A stretch of 64,000 nucleotides of DNA, from contig CAVSHF010000003.1 in NCBI GenBank assembly GCA_963727805.1, positions 256,001-320,000 on the forward strand, given 5' to 3'. The notes under the pieces are model-generated. The model was given only the letters and a program-made list of their open reading frames with translations, ran no database searches and was not told the DNA's origin. Shown piece after piece: positions 59,058-64,000 of this stretch; position 1 is the first letter of the stretch; every line of letters starts with the position of its first letter. Source of the stretch: an uncultured Nitrospiraceae bacterium. Its GTDB lineage: Bacteria > Nitrospirota > Thermodesulfovibrionia > Thermodesulfovibrionales > Dissulfurispiraceae. Position numbers and translations under genes: made by a program.

Positions 59058-59132
59058 TGGTAGGCACGAGGGGTATCGAACCCCTGACCTCTACCGTGTC
59101 AAGGTAGCGCTCTCCCACTGAGCTACGCGCCT
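59058..59132 (-). tRNA. tRNA-Val(GAC)
   Basis: AGGCGCGTAGCTCAGTGGGAGAGCGCTACCTTGACACGGTAGAGGTCAGGGGTTCGATACCCCTCGTGCCTACCA; cloverleaf with encoded CCA. Confidence 0.97.
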
Positions 59133-59367
59133 GATCGAAATGTGGATGCTTATTTAAACCAAAACAGGCCTATTTTGTCAATTATGGAATGCCAGCTGGG
59201 CGTTTAGGCAATAATTATCTTCAGACTATGAACTATTCATATGCACTACACAGTTAAAATGACTGTGTTAGTATGGTTTCTTTGTAAGATGCATCGAAAA
59301 AAAACAGAAATTCCTGTTTTTTTGTGGTCCACGGCGTCTCAGAATGCAAGGAGTGAGAGACTCGACA

Positions 59368-59776
59368 ATGCACGTGCTGCTGTATTACTGTTGTTCTTCT
59401 CATTATCTATTTGCAGTCGCTGAATATGATGCTGCAATCGAGGCGTACAATAATGGAAGCTATATAAAAGATTGCCGTACGTTCCTTTCCATGGTTGATC
59501 AGGGTCAAGCAACCGCACAATATACTGCTGAGGGTCCCTTAAAAGAAGAACGAAAGCTTTTGTATGTGGTCGAAAAACGGTGAAGCAAGGTATGGCACTG
59601 GTGCAATTCAAGGTGGCCATTATGCTTGTGAATGGATAGGGAATTGCAGAAGAAGCAGAAGTGATCAAATCTTTTCTCAAGGCATCAGAACATGGGCTGG
59701 TGCTTTATATCTCGATGGACAGGGTGAGGAAAAGAGTCGCTTAAAAGCATTGAAGTTACACTTGATCAAGTTGTGA
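59368..59776 (+). pseudogene. Sel1-repeat protein relic
   Basis: Broken frames: YDAAIEAYNNGSY...DQGQATAQY; KQGMALVQFKVAIMLVNG*G...FLKASEHG. Confidence 0.7.
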
Positions 59777-59953
59777 AAGTAGACCTGGCAAAGATTGCAA
59801 ATGGTTTCGCAGGCAAATAAATTTCTTCGCAATTTCATTCGGAAATAGTTTTTATTATAATCTCTGGGTTGACTATTGAATCCCTCTTCATCCATGTGTA
59901 CACTGATAAAGTCTGCTGTCAAAAGAAATACCTGGCGAAAAGGAGATATCTGC

Positions 59954-60586
59954 ATGATTAAAATTCTTATCGCTGACGATCATACCATCGTTCGTGAGGG
60001 GTTAAAGCAAATCCTTATGGAGACGAACGATATGGTGGTGGCTGCTGAAGCAGGCAACGGTCAGGAAGTACTCGATAAAATCTGGAAGGATGATTTTGAC
60101 GTGGTTGTTCTCGATATCGCAATGCCTGGCAGGAGCGGACTCGATGTACTTAAGGAACTGAAGGGTTACAAGCAGAGGCTGCCTGTGCTCGTTTTGAGTA
60201 TGTACCCAGAAGATCAATATGCTCTGCGGGTACTGAGAGCTGGTGCTGATGGATATCTTACAAAAGAGAGCGCCCCGAATGAATTGATAACGGCGATAAG
60301 GAAAGTATGTTCGGGTAAGAAATACATAAGTCCTTTTCTGGCGGAGAAGCTTGCTTTCGGACTTGAGGCGGATACTGCGAAGCCACCCCATGAACTTCTT
60401 TCTGACCGAGAGTATCAGGTAATGTGCCGGATTGCCTCCGGCAAAACGGTCAAAGAAATTGGCGATGAATTATCACTGAGCGTCAAGACTATTAGCACGT
60501 ATCGTGCCCGCATTCTCGAAAAGATGGGAATGAAGAACAATGCAGAATTGACACATTATGCGATCCAGAATCACCTTGTAGATTAA
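59954..60586 (+). CDS. NarL/FixJ-family response regulator
   Basis: IADDH, LDIAMPG, GYLTK, LSDREYQV...LSVKTISTYR; AAGGAG RBS. Confidence 0.95.
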   Translation: MIKILIADDHTIVREGLKQILMETNDMVVAAEAGNGQEVLDKIWKDDFDVVVLDIAMPGRSGLDVLKELKGYKQRLPVLVLSMYPEDQYALRVLRAGADGYLTKESAPNELITAIRKVCSGKKYISPFLAEKLAFGLEADTAKPPHELLSDREYQVMCRIASGKTVKEIGDELSLSVKTISTYRARILEKMGMKNNAELTHYAIQNHLVD

Positions 60587-60597
60587 CACTGCACAAT

Positions 60598-60660
60598 GTA
60601 AGACAGAGACCGATGAAAAAATCAGTACTTTGGCGACATAAAAAAAGGACTTTGTCTGAT
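60598..60660 (+). promoter_or_regulatory. Three tandem 17-bp operator-like sites, 23-bp period, upstream of hsp20
   Basis: GTAAG-N7-CCGAT (60598), ATCAG-N7-GCGAC (60621), AAAGG-N7-CTGAT (60644); TAAAAT at 60684. Confidence 0.55.
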
Positions 60661-60761
60661 ATCACTACCGTCTAATTTACACGTAAAATTTTAATTATGA
60701 GCAGTTCTCTTTCATGGGCGAATACTAACAACCCTGCGTCTTATTAAGTATGGAGGAGGCT

Positions 60762-61247
60762 ATGGAAAAGAGCAAACAGACGACGGAACTTGCAAAACGC
60801 GAAACTACCAAGATGTTGTCCCCCTTTTCAGAAATGGAACGCATGATGGCGGATTTTATGCGAAGACCTTTCTCTATGTTTCCTGCAATGTGGCCAAGAA
60901 TGGAAATTATTGAGGAGGAAATGATTCCCGCCGTCGATATTTATGAAGAGGGCGATTCTGTTGTAGCAAAGGTGGAATTGCCCGGAATGAATAAAGAGGA
61001 TATCAGTGTTGAAATCAACAACGGCATACTGAAAATAGCCGGGGAGAAGAAGCGGGAAGAAAAGGTGGAAAAGAAAAACTATTATCGTATCGAGCGTTCA
61101 TCGGGTTCCTTTGAGAGGCGTATCAGTCTGCCTGTCGAGACCCAGGCTGACAAGGCTAAGGCGACGTTTAAAGATGGCGTGCTACAGATCAAGATCCCAA
61201 AGAGCGAAGAAGCGAAGAAAAAAGAAAATAAAATAAATATTGAGTGA
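60762..61247 (+). CDS. Hsp20/alpha-crystallin small heat shock protein
   Basis: PAVDIYE, ELPGM, ERSSGSFER, ATFKDGVLQIKIPK; GGAGG RBS. Confidence 0.96.
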   Translation: MEKSKQTTELAKRETTKMLSPFSEMERMMADFMRRPFSMFPAMWPRMEIIEEEMIPAVDIYEEGDSVVAKVELPGMNKEDISVEINNGILKIAGEKKREEKVEKKNYYRIERSSGSFERRISLPVETQADKAKATFKDGVLQIKIPKSEEAKKKENKINIE

Positions 61248-61306
61248 GACCCACGGCGAAAACTTAAAACCAAAGAATTTTGCATCATAATTCTCAGAAC
61301 CCCTCC

Positions 61307-61350
61307 GAAGCACGTCGGTCTCCCCCCAAAAAAGCCGGCGTGCTTTTTTT
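61307..61350 (+). terminator. Intrinsic terminator after hsp20
   Basis: AAGCACGTCGG...CCGGCGTGCTT plus T-run. Confidence 0.8.
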
Positions 61351-61604
61351 GTCTCCGATTCAGACTTTTGGAAGTGTTCTTTATCGCGGTTGACTATCGG
61401 CTATAATATAAAGGAAGATATGGCGGCAACTTACAAATCAATCATGGAACTGTTACATACCTTGCAGTGTGCACAGGCAATAAATGTACGGTGCGTGTGC
61501 GTTCATAGATATCAGCTTATCCACGAAGGTTAGCGATAGAACATCTCGTCCTTGACTGCCTTAATGCGGAGACGTATACTGAGAAATAGATTATTCAATC
61601 TCTA

Positions 61605-63557
61605 ATGGCAATATTAAAGAAAAAGACCGAAGGTACAGCGGACCAAAAGTGGGGCCTTTCAAATAAATTCACGGACCCCTCATGGCGCATTGGACTCGCC
61701 TTTCTCCTTGTTTTTATAGTAATTTATCTAACAAACTATTTTTTTGTTCCCAAAGAATCCCCTCGCTACGATGTTTCGTACACTCATTTTATGCAGCAGC
61801 TTGAAATCGACAATATTAAGTCTGTGACTATAGACAGGCTTATACTCAGGGGAGAGTTTAAGAAGACAGTATCTCTGCCAAATCCGCCACAGAAAGAACC
61901 AATTTCAGTCCTTGATTTTCAGACTTACTTGCCCTCATTTCAAGGTGAGGGACTTATCCAGAAACTTCAAGAAAAGAATGTGATGATCACGATTAAACCC
62001 GAAGAAAAGCCATCAGCCATAGGACAGTTTTTAATGGCCGTGCTACCCTGGATACTAATAATTGGCATATGGATATTCATTATGCGGCGGTCACAACAAC
62101 TCCAGGGTGGTCCCGGAGGCCTTTTTTCCTTTGGTACCAGTAAGGCGAAGCTGTACGACTCCACAAAACCACGGGTGACGTTCACAGACGTGGCGGGGAT
62201 GGATAATGTCAAGCTTGAACTCAGAGAGACTATCGAGTTTCTGAAAGATCCCGCGAAGTTCAGGACTCTTGGTGCGAAAGTGCCTAAGGGGGTTCTTCTT
62301 GTAGGACCTCCTGGAACTGGCAAGACGCTTCTTGCCCGGGCAACAGCAGGAGAGGCCGGCGTGGCTTTTTATAGCATAAGCGCTTCGGAGTTTATCGAGA
62401 TGTTCGTCGGTGTGGGGGCGTCGCGTGTGAGGGACATGTTCAAAAAGGCGAGAGCAACCCAGCCCAGCATCATATTTATCGATGAGATCGATGCCGTAGG
62501 ACGAACCAGGGGAACTGGACTTGGGGGAGGGCACGATGAGCGGGAGCAAACCCTCAACCAGTTATTGAGCGAGATGGATGGTTTTGAGCCCCATGAAGAG
62601 GTAATTATCATTGCGGCCACCAACAGGCCTGATGTGCTTGATCCTGCCTTGCTCAGGCCGGGAAGGTTTGACCGCCGTATCGTTATAGACCGTCCGGGCT
62701 GGAAGGAGAGAAAATCGATACTGGAAATCCACGTAAGAGGAAAAGTACTATCGGATGATGTTGATCTCGATGTTGTCGCGAAGGGAACTCCTGGGCTGAC
62801 CGGTGCTGACCTTGAAAATCTAGCCAACGAGGCTGCTCTTATCGCAGTCAGAAGAAACAAGTTAAAGGTCGACATGGTTGATTTCGAAGAGGCGCGGGAC
62901 ATCATCCTGATGGGATCAGTAAGGGAAGATACGATCAGTGATCTGGAGAAGAAGATCACTGCCTACCACGAAGCTGGCCATGCGATTGTCGCCTCATTTC
63001 TTTCTAACACTGATCCTATACATAAAATAAGCATCATCCCAAGGGGCATGGCAATGGGGGTGACGCAACTACTTCCTGAGGAAGATAGGCATTATTATCC
63101 GAAGAGCTATCTTGTAAACCGCTTGGTCGTAGCGCTTGGCGGTAGAGTTGCCGAGAAGATCATCTTCAATGATATGAGCAGCGGAGCACAAAGCGACCTC
63201 AAGGAGGCTTCGCTGCTTGCTGAAAAAATGGTCGCACAGTGGGGAATGAGCGATAAGATCGGCCCCGTGAACCTCGGGCGGGGAGAAGATCATCCTTTCC
63301 TGGGAATGGAACTTGCTCAGCCAAAGCGCTATAGCGAGGAAATGGCGTGGAGGCTCGATCAGGAGATACAAAGATTGATGCTTGACGCAGAATCAAAGGC
63401 CTTCGAAGTCGTTAGCCGGAACAAAACGGCCCTTATCAGTCTTGCTGAAAATCTACTGAAAGAGGAAACACTTGATAAGGCAGCAGTTGATAGGATTATC
63501 AAAGAATCTGGGCAACCCGATGAAGTCTCTTCACCAAGTGTAACCCCAAATCCTTGA
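61605..63557 (+). CDS. ftsH: ATP-dependent zinc metalloprotease FtsH
   Basis: Two TMs, [29 protein letters not shown]. Confidence 0.97.
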   Translation: MAILKKKTEGTADQKWGLSNKFTDPSWRIGLAFLLVFIVIYLTNYFFVPKESPRYDVSYTHFMQQLEIDNIKSVTIDRLILRGEFKKTVSLPNPPQKEPISVLDFQTYLPSFQGEGLIQKLQEKNVMITIKPEEKPSAIGQFLMAVLPWILIIGIWIFIMRRSQQLQGGPGGLFSFGTSKAKLYDSTKPRVTFTDVAGMDNVKLELRETIEFLKDPAKFRTLGAKVPKGVLLVGPPGTGKTLLARATAGEAGVAFYSISASEFIEMFVGVGASRVRDMFKKARATQPSIIFIDEIDAVGRTRGTGLGGGHDEREQTLNQLLSEMDGFEPHEEVIIIAATNRPDVLDPALLRPGRFDRRIVIDRPGWKERKSILEIHVRGKVLSDDVDLDVVAKGTPGLTGADLENLANEAALIAVRRNKLKVDMVDFEEARDIILMGSVREDTISDLEKKITAYHEAGHAIVASFLSNTDPIHKISIIPRGMAMGVTQLLPEEDRHYYPKSYLVNRLVVALGGRVAEKIIFNDMSSGAQSDLKEASLLAEKMVAQWGMSDKIGPVNLGRGEDHPFLGMELAQPKRYSEEMAWRLDQEIQRLMLDAESKAFEVVSRNKTALISLAENLLKEETLDKAAVDRIIKESGQPDEVSSPSVTPNP

Positions 63558-63588
63558 TAAAAGATCATTATCGTGGTAGAATTTTAAA

Positions 63589-64000
63589 ATGAACGTGTTT
63601 TTTATATCCCTCGCATTCCTCCTAGTTAGTCTCAACGTATATGCCGACATGTATCAGGCTACAACCGAGGAGGGGAACGTATTTTATACGAATGTGCCGG
63701 CTTTGGGGTCAAACGTAGTCATTAAAGAAAAAGCGACATGTACCAAGAGTGATGGCAAATACGCTAAGAAGAAGTATACTGCCGGCAGCGAGTTTCATAA
63801 CATCGCCGAAGAAAAGGCGAAGAAGCACAACGTTGATCCAAACCTTGTTAAGGCGGTTATTAAAGCCGAGTCAAACTGGAATCCGCAAGCTGTTTCTCAC
63901 AAAGGTGCGGTCGGAATGATGCAGCTCATGCCCAAGACGGCAAGCGATCTGGGAGTCGGTAATCGTTACAATCCCGAGGAGAACATCGAGGGCGGCGTTA
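63589..64000 (+). CDS. SLT lytic transglycosylase, runs off the window end
   Basis: Signal peptide; LVKAVIKAESNWNPQAVSHKGAVGMMQLMP...NPEENIEGG. Confidence 0.93.
   Translation, partial: MNVFFISLAFLLVSLNVYADMYQATTEEGNVFYTNVPALGSNVVIKEKATCTKSDGKYAKKKYTAGSEFHNIAEEKAKKHNVDPNLVKAVIKAESNWNPQAVSHKGAVGMMQLMPKTASDLGVGNRYNPEENIEGGV

Overview
Bacterial chromosomal window; gene content suggests a Nitrospirota/Desulfobacterota-like anaerobe (inference). 0.2-4.3 kb: a flagellin locus (TPR protein, short flagellin, hypothetical, flbT, flaF) with sigma28-like promoters. 4.5-23.8 kb: core genes (greA, pyrKD, iscR-tusA-iscS-iscU, romR-like, valS, nadC, purM, M23/bactofilin, moeA-PBP, ASKHA ATPase, NlpC/P60, scpB, dsbC). 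23.8-33 kb: pilS/pilR-like pair and a sigma54-driven minor pilin/pilY1 operon. 33-59 kb: a decaying accessory region ending at tRNA-Val(GAC), with an intact IS3, an IS607 with long TnpB, an IS256 relic, many pseudogenes, c-di-GMP genes (GGDEF, HD-GYP, two PilZ) and a 2.08-kb mini-island bounded by a duplicated tRNA 3' end. 59.9-64 kb: NarL-type regulator, Hsp20, FtsH, partial lytic transglycosylase. Best novel leads: a helically phased CRP-like regulon over a duplicated two-small-gene module, a 23-bp-period operator array shared by the hsp20 promoter and a candidate anti-SD sRNA, a sigma28 plus FlaF/FlbT hybrid flagellin circuit, and the atypical TnpB. Family calls come from motif recognition, not database searches.
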